Of a stretch of 64,000 nt of DNA, positions 38,204 to 47,825 are shown in pieces. The notes beneath the pieces were generated by a model. That model was not told the DNA's origin and ran no database searches. It worked only from the letters and a program-made list of their open reading frames with translations. How positions within the stretch are numbered: position 1 is the first letter of the stretch; each line of letters begins with the position of its first letter. Source of the DNA: a virus. Its lineage: Duplodnaviria; Caudoviricetes. The DNA is taken from the IMG/VR virus record IMGVR_UViG_2636416187_000004, positions 10,448 through 74,447 of that record; one strand, given 5' to 3'. The position numbers and the translations under genes are program-made.

Positions 38204-38983
38204 TCAGGCGGTTGCGGATAGGGCCAGAACGTCTTCGCCAGCGCGTGCAATGCCGGCATGCAGTTCTACCTTTTGGCCGGCGAGCATCCCAGCGATCTGG
38301 GCGTTCATATCCAACTCGACGCCCTTGCTTTTCCGTGACTCTCTGATGTCCTGAGTGGCGAGGTATTCGCTGATCAATGCCTTGTCCTGCGCCTGAATTG
38401 CGACAAGGTCTTGGCCGGTGGCGGACTGGCCAGCCGGATCATCATCGGCCTGAGGCACAAGCGCTTTCAGCTTCGACTGGACCTCCCATACCCACGCCAG
38501 CGCGAAATGGTCGCCAGCGGTTTCGGGCGAGTAGTCACTGCGGCGAATGCCAGACCTGACGGCAGAGCAGTACTCTTTGCGCGCCTGGGTGAGCTTGGTG
38601 TGCAGTGACTCATACGCATACAGGGCGATGTTCTGAGCGGGAGAAACGCCAACAAATGTCGCGCACTCGATGACTTGCCCTTTCGCAGAGCTCCACTTCC
38701 TGCGCCGCAGGGTCGTGCAGTTGAATGCATCTGCTACGGCGATGCTCAATTGCTGATCCCATGCCGGCCGACGCTTGGCGCGGTACAAATCCGACTCAAC
38801 TTCGCCGACGTCGCTCAACTTCACATCCATTTCGGTCAGCCGGTACTCACGCATCAATGCCTGGGCCTGGCGCAACGCCGTGGCGGCTTCGTTCTCGTTC
38901 GCGCTTTGGGCCAGTGCCAGACAGTGCTTAATCTTGCGGATCGCGCGCTCGAGTTTCTTTTCGTCGATCTGTTGTGCGGACAT
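38204..38983 (-). CDS. DUF2786-like protein
   Basis: KIKHCLALA.SANENEAATALRQAQALM. Confidence 0.8.
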   Translation of the reverse strand: MSAQQIDEKKLERAIRKIKHCLALAQSANENEAATALRQAQALMREYRLTEMDVKLSDVGEVESDLYRAKRRPAWDQQLSIAVADAFNCTTLRRRKWSSAKGQVIECATFVGVSPAQNIALYAYESLHTKLTQARKEYCSAVRSGIRRSDYSPETAGDHFALAWVWEVQSKLKALVPQADDDPAGQSATGQDLVAIQAQDKALISEYLATQDIRESRKSKGVELDMNAQIAGMLAGQKVELHAGIARAGEDVLALSATA

Positions 38984-39023
38984 AGGGGATCCCTCTGCGC
39001 TAAATTTGCGCAACCAGTAAGGA

Positions 39024-39371
39024 GTGGACAAAGTGGACGATATTTGGAACGAGTTGACGTCAAAGTCATTGGGCACTGCAGTTATCTGCCTTGTGATCTA
39101 TTTAAGTGCGATGACGTTTTGGATGGTGAGCAAGAGCCAACGGCAGATTGAGCGGATGGCGCAAAGATTCGATGATGTCGAGCTAGAGAGGTCCAGGCTC
39201 GAAGGCGCTCAAGCAAAGCAAATTGAAAGCATCCAGACCAATCTGTCAGAGCTTCAATATGTTCTTCAGGACCTGAAAGACTTTCAAAAGGGTGAAGGGC
39301 GCTACCGATATAATCCGAGTGATCCACGATTGCCTACACACATCCGCGACCAGACCGGACGCGATGACTGA
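39024..39371 (+). CDS. Membrane-anchored coiled-coil moron
   Basis: AGGAG SD; one TM then coiled coil. Confidence 0.65.
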   Translation: MDKVDDIWNELTSKSLGTAVICLVIYLSAMTFWMVSKSQRQIERMAQRFDDVELERSRLEGAQAKQIESIQTNLSELQYVLQDLKDFQKGEGRYRYNPSDPRLPTHIRDQTGRDD

Positions 39372-39439
39372 AGATTCCCACAGGCTGGCGTGATTCGTAG
39401 AAGTGGGTTATTTGTAAGTGTGTTCGTAGCGCTTGAGGG

Positions 39440-39946
39440 GTGGACATGGCGATTTGGGTTTTGGAGTCCGCATACAGGTATGCGAAGGCCTCAGCGGTAT
39501 TACTTAACGCGCACCTCTCTTACGAGAGTGAGGTCAACGCTGCCTTGGCGATGGAGCTTCTAATAAAGAGCTTGCTGGTCGAAGCGGTGGATAATCCGAG
39601 AAAAGGAACTGTGCTTGAGCAGTACAGCTCAAGGCACATCAAATTAAAAGATGGGCACGATTTGATCGGTCTCTACAATCAGGTTCCTACTGATATCGCG
39701 AAAAAGGTAGGACTGGCATCTCAAGTCGACCTGCTGGAAAGAAAGAAAGACGTATTCAAGAGCCTTCGCTACATTTATGAAGAAAGAGCGCCGCGGGGGT
39801 CAGACAATCTTCTGCTCCAAACGGTATGCTGGTTACTACCTCAGGTCGTTGATCATTTTGTCCAGGCTGGCATTGAGGACAAGTGGCTGACGTATATGAA
39901 ATCCAATCCTCAGCTGATGATGGCCCATTCAATCAGCTCCTGTTGA
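39440..39946 (+). CDS. HEPN-like domain protein (moron)
   Basis: ALAMELLIKSLL..GHDL..LY..LRY.YE pattern. Confidence 0.6.
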   Translation: MDMAIWVLESAYRYAKASAVLLNAHLSYESEVNAALAMELLIKSLLVEAVDNPRKGTVLEQYSSRHIKLKDGHDLIGLYNQVPTDIAKKVGLASQVDLLERKKDVFKSLRYIYEERAPRGSDNLLLQTVCWLLPQVVDHFVQAGIEDKWLTYMKSNPQLMMAHSISSC

Positions 39947-40033
39947 ATTAGCCGCCATAAGTCGACGATGGCAATTTGGTTTGGGTTAGGGTATTGCGGA
40001 TGGCCGGCATGGAGCCGGATCAAGGAGAAAACT

Positions 40034-40360
40034 GTGCAAAAGCTGAAAGTCGAATCGTTTACCGTATCTGCACCACCAGCGCTTCTTCGTTACGACTTCA
40101 AACTTGGAAGCGATCCGGTTTTTCTCGAAGCTCTTGATGAGGCCCCGGGCCGGTACAAGATCACCCTTCGAGAGGGGCAGTTCCACCACTCAGGCAATGC
40201 AACTGGTGATGGTGAATACACAATCGAGCTTGAGAACGGCGCCCATCATTCAGGACGGGTTTTACACACCATTCCGCGAACTACGCCGGACGGAAAGAAT
40301 TCTCCTGAAGTTCTGGAGTTCCATTTACAGATGGACGTTCTCCCCGAAAAGGATCAATAA
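40034..40360 (+). CDS. Hypothetical moron
   Basis: AAGGAG SD before in-frame GTG at 40034. Confidence 0.6.
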   Translation: MQKLKVESFTVSAPPALLRYDFKLGSDPVFLEALDEAPGRYKITLREGQFHHSGNATGDGEYTIELENGAHHSGRVLHTIPRTTPDGKNSPEVLEFHLQMDVLPEKDQ

Positions 40361-40423
40361 CTTCGTCGCCTTCCTCGCCGGGATGTTTCGCCAAGTGCTG
40401 CAATCCGGCGTCTCTCAATTGTC

Positions 40424-40457
40424 GTGACACCTTTTAAGAAACAACAAAAGGTGTCGT
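40424..40457. repeat. 34-bp 13-8-13 site, copy D
   Basis: GTGACACCTTTTA-agaaacaa-CAAAAGGTGTCGT. Confidence 0.75.
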
Positions 40458-40727
40458 GACACACTCGAGCATCTGGGCCTGAGTTTCGAAGTCAGCGGTG
40501 ATCAGGTTCCGCAGCAGGTTCTGATACACCTCCTGCTGGTTGTTGAAGCCGTGGGCGGCCATGACCCGCTTGAGGTCTGGCTTGAACACGCCGGCAACCT
40601 CAACCGTAAACTTCTCGACGCCCAATGCGGCGTCCTTCGCTGCTGACTTCTCGCGCTTCTTGCGCTGCTTGATGGCTTCCGCTGTCGGCTGGGGTTCTTC
40701 CACCGTCAGTTCCTGTTCTTCGGCCAT
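40434..40727 (-). CDS. Early hypothetical protein, possibly truncated by a premature stop
   Basis: GAGG SD; frame stays open after TAA (KVSRQLRDAG...). Confidence 0.6.
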   Translation of the reverse strand: MAEEQELTVEEPQPTAEAIKQRKKREKSAAKDAALGVEKFTVEVAGVFKPDLKRVMAAHGFNNQQEVYQNLLRNLITADFETQAQMLECVTTPFVVS

Positions 40728-40808
40728 GGCCTACCTCTTCAATTCCGCTGGCCGGCAAGTCCAGCCAGGTCTGTCGGCGGCGCGTGGCAGCCCGGTTGAT
40801 GGTTCGTT

Positions 40809-41330
40809 TCATCGAAATGCGGACTTCAGCTTTGGATAGTCGATCTTGTGGTCGCGGACAATCCGGTCAAGCATGTTGTAACTGATCGCCAGAGCTTTGC
40901 AGCATTGGCTCCGGTTCATGCCGCCGGCGATGCAGTCCTTGATCTGATCGACTAATCGCGCTTCCACATTTGGCGGCACCTTGTTCGGCGCCGTTCCGAT
41001 TTTTTGCCGAACTTGGAACTTGATGGCGTGCTTGGAGGCGATCGCCTTCAGTGTGGCCAAAGCTATTCCTTCCCGCTCGCAGATCTCGTTCCGGGTCAGC
41101 GTTTTTGCCATTTCTCGGATTCGCGCAACGCGAGCGGTCGTTTCGTCCTTCACCTTTGGTCGCTGAAAGCTTGGCGGGTACTTCCGCTCGGAGGTGCTGG
41201 TGAACTTGATCGGCGCCGGTTCCGGCTCATGAATCTTTCCGCCGGCGGCCAGGTACTGGGCAATCTGAGCGGAAAGATCTTTTGCGTCCTGACGCCGCCG
41301 CTCGACGTCGTTGAGGTGGTTGCTGATCAT
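40809..41330 (-). CDS. Early protein with HTH-like repeats
   Basis: MISNHLN start; IAQYLAAGG; two HTH-like segments. Confidence 0.65.
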   Translation of the reverse strand: MISNHLNDVERRRQDAKDLSAQIAQYLAAGGKIHEPEPAPIKFTSTSERKYPPSFQRPKVKDETTARVARIREMAKTLTRNEICEREGIALATLKAIASKHAIKFQVRQKIGTAPNKVPPNVEARLVDQIKDCIAGGMNRSQCCKALAISYNMLDRIVRDHKIDYPKLKSAFR

Positions 41331-41337
41331 GCTGGCC

Positions 41338-41901
41338 TCACTTGATCCGTATCGAGCTTTCGCCGCGCTCAAGGTGAGCCCAGACCGGTTCCGGTAGCAG
41401 CTCGTGTTCCGCGTCTTCGCCGGCGTCGATGCGCTTGCGCACAGCGTCGTTGTGATCGCGTATTTCCTTGAGCCGGACGGCGATGACTTTTTTGTCGGGT
41501 GTGATCACGCTATTCACCGAGACAAACTCATCGGGCACAGCTTGTTCGTTGTCGACAATGACTTTCTCGGGCGAGAGAGCGAGAGAGATCGTGAACAGCG
41601 GCCGTTTGATCGACTTGATGTTTGCGGCTTCCATGTTTCGACGCAGGTAATCGCTGAGCTGGCCCACGGTGTTTTTCTTGATGCGTTTGAGTTCGTTGAG
41701 GCGGTCGACTTCCTTGTCGATTGCGTCAATGTCACCTTCGATGTTCCGGCGCAGCATGACGACGCTTTCGGCCTTTACTTCAAGCTCACCTTTTATGCCG
41801 TCCATAGTGTCTTGGATGGCTTGGCGCAGCCCTTCGTCGTCAGTGTCAGCCAGTGCCGCGAGTTCGGCCATCTGCCTATTCAGCTTGTAGAGATCAGTCA
41901 T
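41338..41901 (-). CDS. Siphovirus Gp157-family protein
   Basis: Coiled coil, PDEF, PDKK, GESSIRIK; next to recombinase. Confidence 0.85.
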   Translation of the reverse strand: MTDLYKLNRQMAELAALADTDDEGLRQAIQDTMDGIKGELEVKAESVVMLRRNIEGDIDAIDKEVDRLNELKRIKKNTVGQLSDYLRRNMEAANIKSIKRPLFTISLALSPEKVIVDNEQAVPDEFVSVNSVITPDKKVIAVRLKEIRDHNDAVRKRIDAGEDAEHELLPEPVWAHLERGESSIRIK

Positions 41902-42644
41902 ACTACACCCTCCATAGCGTCCTCAAGGTCCGCTTTGCGGGCGTCCTTGGCGCGGGTGAATTTAAGTTTGTGGGCTTCGCGTTCTGGGTCGCTCTGGCGC
42001 AGTGCCATCTTGCGCATCGCCGATTTGTAGAGCTGCTCCAACTCGTTGAGTGATTGCGCGGTACCGATCAAGTGGAGTGTTTCAGCCAGCCATTCGCGGT
42101 ATTCAGCTGCCAGACGCTCCTTCGCTTCGATCTTGTCCTCGGCGCGCTCGATTTCGGCTTCACCCAGGCGTTCGTTGACGTAGTGAATGTCGTCGTAAAG
42201 ACCCAGGCGAACGTCGGCGGAGAAGCCGAGCTGGCTCAGGCATTTGCCGATCGCATCTGTGAGAGATTTCTTTGGTGCGTCGAAGTCAGTACTGATACCA
42301 AACCGGTTCTGTGTGATGAAAGGCGTGTGTCCATAGTGCGTGATCGTCTTGCGCTCACCGTCGCCGCCGAGGTACCACAGCGCGACTTTGAGTGTGTGAA
42401 CCTGGGCGTTGGCCAAAACTGCTCCGTCCTTGCTCAGCAGCGGTCCGCCGATATCAAAGCGCTCTTCGATCACGTCATACCCCCAGCCGGTACCGCAAGG
42501 CCCGAACTGCTCAGTGGCACGCTTAGCCAGGTATTGGGCGTTCACCGCGGTACCTGTAAAACCGCCGGGGCCGGTGTATTCCTTGGTGAACTTAGGGTCG
42601 GTCTTTTCGACCTCCTCCCAGAGTGCGAGGTTTGGTGCAGGCAT
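41898..42644 (-). CDS. Single-strand annealing recombinase (Rad52/Sak-like)
   Basis: TEQFGPCGTGWG, KKSLTDAIGKCLSQLGFSADV. Confidence 0.75.
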   Translation of the reverse strand: MPAPNLALWEEVEKTDPKFTKEYTGPGGFTGTAVNAQYLAKRATEQFGPCGTGWGYDVIEERFDIGGPLLSKDGAVLANAQVHTLKVALWYLGGDGERKTITHYGHTPFITQNRFGISTDFDAPKKSLTDAIGKCLSQLGFSADVRLGLYDDIHYVNERLGEAEIERAEDKIEAKERLAAEYREWLAETLHLIGTAQSLNELEQLYKSAMRKMALRQSDPEREAHKLKFTRAKDARKADLEDAMEGVV

Positions 42645-42801
42645 GACGATCTCCCGCCGCGCGTGTGCGCGGCTTTGAAAGATGGGGTTTATTGAGTGAT
42701 GTGATCGGCGAGGGCGCTGAGCAGCATCAGGAAGGTGAAGACGCCGAGGGAAGAGAACGCGCCGCGCCAGATGATCAGGCGGCGCGCCAATTGGCGACCG
42801 G

Positions 42802-42996
42802 TCACGACCGAACCCTCACCGCGATCCGCTTGCCCTTCATGGAAGGCGCCAAGCGCTGTGGCAGGCTGGCGACCAGGTCCTCTCGCTTGCGACCGATCAC
42901 CTCGTTGAAGGGAAGGCCGAAGCCGAGCAGGGCGATCTTGTTTTCGATGTCCTCGAGTTGCTCGTCGATCAGCGATTTAACCGGTGCCGTACTCAT
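42802..42996 (-). CDS. Small early protein
   Basis: GGAGG SD; coupled ORF chain. Confidence 0.6.
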   Translation of the reverse strand: MSTAPVKSLIDEQLEDIENKIALLGFGLPFNEVIGRKREDLVASLPQRLAPSMKGKRIAVRVRS

Positions 42997-43193
42997 GCAT
43001 CCTCCTTGCGCCGCTGACAGGTGTCACGCAGGCGTTTGCAGTAGTGGTTGAACTCGTCAGTGGTGATCGCTCCGTCAGTGAAGAGGCGGGTGATCAGCGC
43101 CTGTACCAGCAAGCTGATGTCTTCTTCGCCGGCGGGTGCCGACACTCCATCAAGCGCTTGATCAATCAGGATGTGAGGGCTCAAAACCCACAC
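42993..43193 (-). CDS. Small early protein
   Basis: Coupled ORF chain. Confidence 0.55.
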   Translation of the reverse strand: MWVLSPHILIDQALDGVSAPAGEEDISLLVQALITRLFTDGAITTDEFNHYCKRLRDTCQRRKEDA

Positions 43194-43585
43194 TCCCGCT
43201 CAACGCGATCGCTTTCGCGCTTGGCATCTCGGTACTCGTTGGCGTGCACCGCGACCAGGTCGCCGGCGAGCGACCGAACGATCTGCGGATCACCGCCGAC
43301 GGCTTCGATGGCCCAGGTGTGCAGAATCCCGCCGTCTTTCCGCCTGATCAGCTCGATCAAAATCTTCTCGATGTACCGATCAGGATCCGGGTTCGCGGCC
43401 ATGTGATCCGCCAGCGCCTGCGGTAAGTGGTCGGCGCTGACCAGGACCTTGCTTCGGCCTACCGGATTTGGTGCCTCGACGTGGCGCCGATAAAGCAGAT
43501 CGTCGACCGATTCGGCCAGCCATTCCTGACCTGCCTCTGTTTCGAGAAAGTCGTCTTCCGGGATGGGCTTGCGTAGAGCTGACAT
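43181..43585 (-). CDS. Early hypothetical protein
   Basis: GGAG SD before MSALRKP. Confidence 0.6.
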   Translation of the reverse strand: MSALRKPIPEDDFLETEAGQEWLAESVDDLLYRRHVEAPNPVGRSKVLVSADHLPQALADHMAANPDPDRYIEKILIELIRRKDGGILHTWAIEAVGGDPQIVRSLAGDLVAVHANEYRDAKRESDRVERECGF

Positions 43586-43765
43586 GGTCGTCTCCAGGGT
43601 GGCGGGGTGTTGATCCAACAAAACTCGGATGCACTCATCCGCTCCGCTGGTTGCCGTTGGGCGCGGAGGGGAGTGCATCCGAGTGGTGTTGATTAGGTGG
43701 GGGAAGCTGATCTTTTTGTATCGGCTGCCGATAAGGCACTGAGATTATTTAAGGATGATTCATCT

Positions 43766-44101
43766 ATGCGTTTGATTTCGAAAAGCGCCTGTCTGGTTGC
43801 TTGCTTTGCGCTCAGTAATTTTGGACAAGCCTTAGCGGCCTATACCACCCGCGATGTTGCTATCACTGCAGTTGCGATGGAGCGCATGTGCGCCGAATGG
43901 AAGCCCGAGATGAATTACTCTTTGCAGAACCTGATGAGCCTGCCTGAGTTCGCGCCTAACGCCGATCTGAAGAAAGAAATTGCTGAGGTCGAAAATAACC
44001 CAGCCTTTCAAGATGAAATCAGGGAGATTCAGATGCGGGGCACAGGGGATGAGTTGGCGATCAGGAACATATGCCCAAGCTATGCACCGGTAGCCAAGTA
44101 G
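43766..44101 (+). CDS. Secreted moron protein
   Basis: AAGGA SD; signal peptide ending ALA; two Cys in mature part. Confidence 0.65.
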   Translation: MRLISKSACLVACFALSNFGQALAAYTTRDVAITAVAMERMCAEWKPEMNYSLQNLMSLPEFAPNADLKKEIAEVENNPAFQDEIREIQMRGTGDELAIRNICPSYAPVAK

Positions 44102-44623
44102 TTGCCCAGGCCCGCTACTGGCGACAGCCTGGGTTGTAGCATCAAATTGTCGACGTGCATAAAGGTGGCCTACCGCTTTCGGCCGATGCGCGGTGACATC
44201 GACGGCCTACTATCCGCTGCCTGTATGTGTGATGGGCGCCGGCCTTCAGGCTTGCCGCGCCGCGCGAGGCGGATCAGTTCAACTATTTCATGATGGTCAT
44301 CCTCCAATGCGCGCCGTTGGCATCTTGGCGGGCGCTCGCCGTTCTCAGTCATCAAATGGTGCAGATGGCCAGGCGCGAGACCGGCGAGAGCGGACCCTTT
44401 CGGGACGACCGCTCGGAGGAGCAACCAGCATTATCTGGCGCCTATTAACCTGCGTTTCTCTAGGGCCGCCGAAGCGTTCAACCCAGCTTTCAACGCCGCA
44501 TCTGCTTGCCGGTTACGTCTCCGGCGCGGGCTTTACCGCCGTGGTGCTTGTTGCTGGCTTGATTGCGCGCAAGCTACCCCGCGTTGATGCAGGTGGGCGG
44601 TTATAGGCCGCAGTTTCGTCCGC

Positions 44624-44755
44624 ATCGGGGTGTGATCTGGCGGCATCGGTGCCCGCTTGCCCTTGCTGTGGCTCTACGCTTCACAGGCCTCACAGCCTCC
44701 CCGTCGCTGACAGGTCGGGACGCCGACGGCAGTTGCCGCCAGATCACACCCCGAT
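44624..44755. repeat. 22-bp perfect inverted repeat enclosing 88 nt
   Basis: ATCGGGGTGTGATCTGGCGGCA ... TGCCGCCAGATCACACCCCGAT. Confidence 0.85.
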
Positions 44756-44811
44756 ACGCTCTCATAGAGAGGATCGGGCAGTTAACGACAGGCTGTCGTG
44801 GCGCTGGTTGT

Positions 44812-45021
44812 TTAGTGCTTAAGCGTGCCGCGCCCGAAAGGTTTGAAGCAGCAGGCGCAAACTGCGACGCCTGTCTCTTGCTCAATTTCGATGCTGCGTG
44901 CAGCTCTACGATAGGCATCTCCGGAAACGCCGGCGCGCTCAGCTTCCTCCGCTACCTTTAGCCACTGTGCAATTGCCGGATGTGGCACTGCCTTTTCGGC
45001 CAGGTTAAATTCGATTTGCAT
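44812..45021 (-). CDS. Small early protein with CxCC motif
   Basis: GAGG/AGGA SD; MQIEFNL..CACCFKPFG. Confidence 0.55.
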   Translation of the reverse strand: MQIEFNLAEKAVPHPAIAQWLKVAEEAERAGVSGDAYRRAARSIEIEQETGVAVCACCFKPFGRGTLKH

Positions 45022-45081
45022 CGTCCTACCCTCGGTTGATTTCCCGTCTGGCCCTGTCGCCAAGGCCAGCCAGTGAAATCG

Positions 45082-45267
45082 TCATGCAGCAGCCTTGCAG
45101 TCAGCCGCAGTCATGCGGTGCCCGTCTTCCAGCTCAACCACGCACACGCCGTTGGTGTAGCCACGTTCCGCGTTGATCCGGTTGGCCTCGCGGATGCATT
45201 TGCCCAGGTCTTTGTCGGTGAATACGTGCCGCTCGCCGCGAAGAGTGATTCGAAGGACCTTGTTCAT
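45082..45267 (-). CDS. Small early protein
   Basis: GGAGG SD; coupled. Confidence 0.55.
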   Translation of the reverse strand: MNKVLRITLRGERHVFTDKDLGKCIREANRINAERGYTNGVCVVELEDGHRMTAADCKAAA

Positions 45268-45483
45268 GCCGCCTCCAAAGCTTGCTGAGCCAACAGCTCA
45301 GTCACAGCCTCGTCCGGGGTGCAGCCGTCGGCGTAGAAGTCATGTAGGTCGCTTTCTTCCTGCGAGCCCAAGGCGACTTGGTGGCCGAGCAGTTGGGATG
45401 CCTTGTTGATCCAGCGGTAGTAGGTGCGCTCTTCAGCGTCGGCGCGGCATTCATCAGCCGCCATGGTTGCCATGTTGAACATC
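45264..45483 (-). CDS. Small early protein (start approximate)
   Basis: GGAGG SD before MFNMATM. Confidence 0.55.
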
Positions 45484-45817
45484 GTGAATCCCTCCGGTTG
45501 TTTTCCCAATGCACCCGTCACCAGGTGCATCAGTGAAAAATTCCGTGTTTCTATCCGCCCCATGCTCGGCGCCGCGGTTTCCCCACCTGGCCGGCGTCAC
45601 ACATTTCGTGTTCGGTGTTCTTCGCCGGCTGGCTTGCATGGTTTGGCGTCCTCCCATATGGGGAGTCCGGCAGGTTCCAGAGCCTGCATGGGGATCGAAG
45701 TTTGTGTTTCGCGCTATGCCCGTTTCCGGGGATCGATCCGCGAAGATTCCTGACTGTTAAAGAGCGGCGGATCTCTTGAGGCCCTTCGCAGTAGCTGTGT
45801 GTCGCTGCGATGGAGTA

Positions 45818-45862
45818 AATTTAGCTCAAAGCTAAACATTTGGTCAATAGCTTTCTGCTAAA
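45818..45862 (-). promoter_or_regulatory. OL operators and pL-like promoter
   Basis: TTTAGC-N5-GCTAAA at 45820 and variant at 45846; TTGACC-N18-TAAATT on minus strand. Confidence 0.75.
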
Positions 45863-46019
45863 AAAGTTAGCGTGTGCATATTTCGTTTAGCGGAAAGGCC
45901 GTTGGGTGCGTGGTGATTGGAAGATTTCAGGCGCAAAAAAGCCCGCTCTTAGCGGGCTGGGCAGGGTGCAGGCTGGTATCCTTCAGGGTCACCAATTACG
46001 GGCTTTGCGAGCGGTTTAA

Positions 46020-46772
46020 ATGGACTTTTCTGTGTGGATCAGGGTTTTCACTATTGGTACGGCGGTAGCTGCAATGGCCGGATGCGACGTTACTAAAGAA
46101 ATGGCCGTAGAGAAGGGCAAGGATATGGTTGCCTCCGCCCTGAAGGACCCCGACTCCGCGAAGTTTCAAGGGGTTTTCATGGTAGAGAACCAAGCCATTG
46201 GTGATACGCACTACGGCCTTCTTTGTGGGGAGGTCAATTCTAGGAATTCTTTCGGCGGATACACCGGATTCCGTCGATTTGTGGCGAATTTCAACTACTC
46301 AAAGCAGGGAATTTTCGAGGTTGGCTACGTCACGCTTGAAGAGGGTGTGAATGCCAAGATCAATAGCAACGGGGTTTCGTACTTTCAAGATATTTACTGG
46401 CTAGGGAAGTGCGAGCCAAAACCTGCGCCGAAAAAGATAGAGCAGATAAGCGGAGAGCTGCCAACCACGACAACGGCAGCCGTGGAGTCAAAGAAAACTA
46501 CCAAGCCAAGCGCCGCGAAGACCGCGCCAGCTGCCGTGCCAGAGGGCCCTAAATGGGCTGTCCAGGTTGCCTCGATGAATGATGCGACACAAGCCGCAAG
46601 TCTGCAGAAGAAAATAACGGGAGACGGTTTCTCCTCCTACTCGGTAACGAAGGACGGAAAAACGCGAGTCTTTGTTGGTCCTTTCGCGGATCGCGCAAAA
46701 GCAGAACGTCAAGCTGAGCTGATTCGGACACAGCAGCTTCTGAAGGGATTCGTGGTTAGAGTTGAGCAGTAG
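46020..46772 (+). CDS. Lipoprotein, KDPDSAK/NSYGAY family copy 3, with C-terminal SPOR domain
   Basis: MAGC lipobox; LKDPDSAKF..CGEVNSRNSFGGYTGF; WAVQVAS..RVFVGPF..A SPOR pattern. Confidence 0.85.
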   Translation: MDFSVWIRVFTIGTAVAAMAGCDVTKEMAVEKGKDMVASALKDPDSAKFQGVFMVENQAIGDTHYGLLCGEVNSRNSFGGYTGFRRFVANFNYSKQGIFEVGYVTLEEGVNAKINSNGVSYFQDIYWLGKCEPKPAPKKIEQISGELPTTTTAAVESKKTTKPSAAKTAPAAVPEGPKWAVQVASMNDATQAASLQKKITGDGFSSYSVTKDGKTRVFVGPFADRAKAERQAELIRTQQLLKGFVVRVEQ

Positions 46773-46975
46773 TGATTCAAGCGCGCACTCTCTCAACGGG
46801 TCCACGATACCAATCGGTTTAAGTCTGGAGAAAGAGTTAGGGGCTATCCGGCAATTTAGCCCAATTAAGCTGAAAATCGATCAGTGGTAAATATGCTGTC
46901 GATGATAGTCAATTCATTGAAATTGTTCGCCTTGGTGCGCATGGCGAACAATGTCAATTAATGACAAAACCGACG

Positions 46976-47710
46976 CTACCTAGCGTACATGCCCCACCAA
47001 AAAACGTGACCAATGATGACGATCTGCTCTTCCTGAATATCTTGGAAGGTGTAGTCCTCATCCGGATGTTCGTCGCGATTGAAGCTTCGCAAGCGTATTC
47101 CGGTCGGTATGCGGTAAAGCTGTTTCACCCTCAACTGGCCATTGTGGTTGATCGCATAGAGATCACCATCAGTAATTTCGCTGACGCTGGTCACGCCGGT
47201 GTTTACGCCAACCGTTGCTCCGTCACGTAGAACCGGGAGCATGCTGTTTCCCCGAACTGTCACGCACTTGGCATTTGAAAACTGAACACCATTTTGACGA
47301 AGACTGCGCTTGCCGAAGCGCAAGAATGAATTTGGGCTTTCCTCAACAGTAAATCGACCTGAGCCCGCTGCCAGCTCAACCTCCCTCAGAAACGGAACGC
47401 AAATCTCATCGTCCTCTACGGGCGTGGCGTCATCCCAAAGGTGAATGTCGCGTAATTCTGAGTGAGGCTGACGATGGACTGACTCTGCCTGGATCGCATC
47501 GTCACGCACGTTATCCAAATACCCCTTCGGCAAATCCTCCGCTGCCTCAATCCTGCGCGCGAGCTCATCCCCCAAGTTTCTGACAGGGTTCTTCGACAGA
47601 ATCTGGCTGAGCACCGACGACGATGTTCCCCATTTCTCTGCACATTCTTTTCGCTTTCTGTCGCCTGCAAGGGCTTCCAGGTTGCGCTTTCTGATCGCGT
47701 AAATATCCAT
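46976..47710 (-). CDS. cI: CI-like repressor (HTH + S24 autopeptidase)
   Basis: AAG cleavage site, GNSM, VKQL; divergent from cro. Confidence 0.92.
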   Translation of the reverse strand: MDIYAIRKRNLEALAGDRKRKECAEKWGTSSSVLSQILSKNPVRNLGDELARRIEAAEDLPKGYLDNVRDDAIQAESVHRQPHSELRDIHLWDDATPVEDDEICVPFLREVELAAGSGRFTVEESPNSFLRFGKRSLRQNGVQFSNAKCVTVRGNSMLPVLRDGATVGVNTGVTSVSEITDGDLYAINHNGQLRVKQLYRIPTGIRLRSFNRDEHPDEDYTFQDIQEEQIVIIGHVFWWGMYAR

Positions 47711-47728
47711 GCGCTAATGATTGCAGCT

Positions 47729-47798
47729 CTTAGCTAAATGATAAATATTCTCCGAGCTAAACTCTTGCTTGCTAAACAATTTAGCTAGAGGCTAAACT
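47729..47798. promoter_or_regulatory. OR operators / pR-pRM region
   Basis: TTTAGC-N5-GCTAAA at 47780, degenerate copies at 47729 and ~47745; same palindrome as OL. Confidence 0.8.
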
Positions 47799-47825
47799 CT
47801 GTGCGAGACAAACGGAGAATACCCA

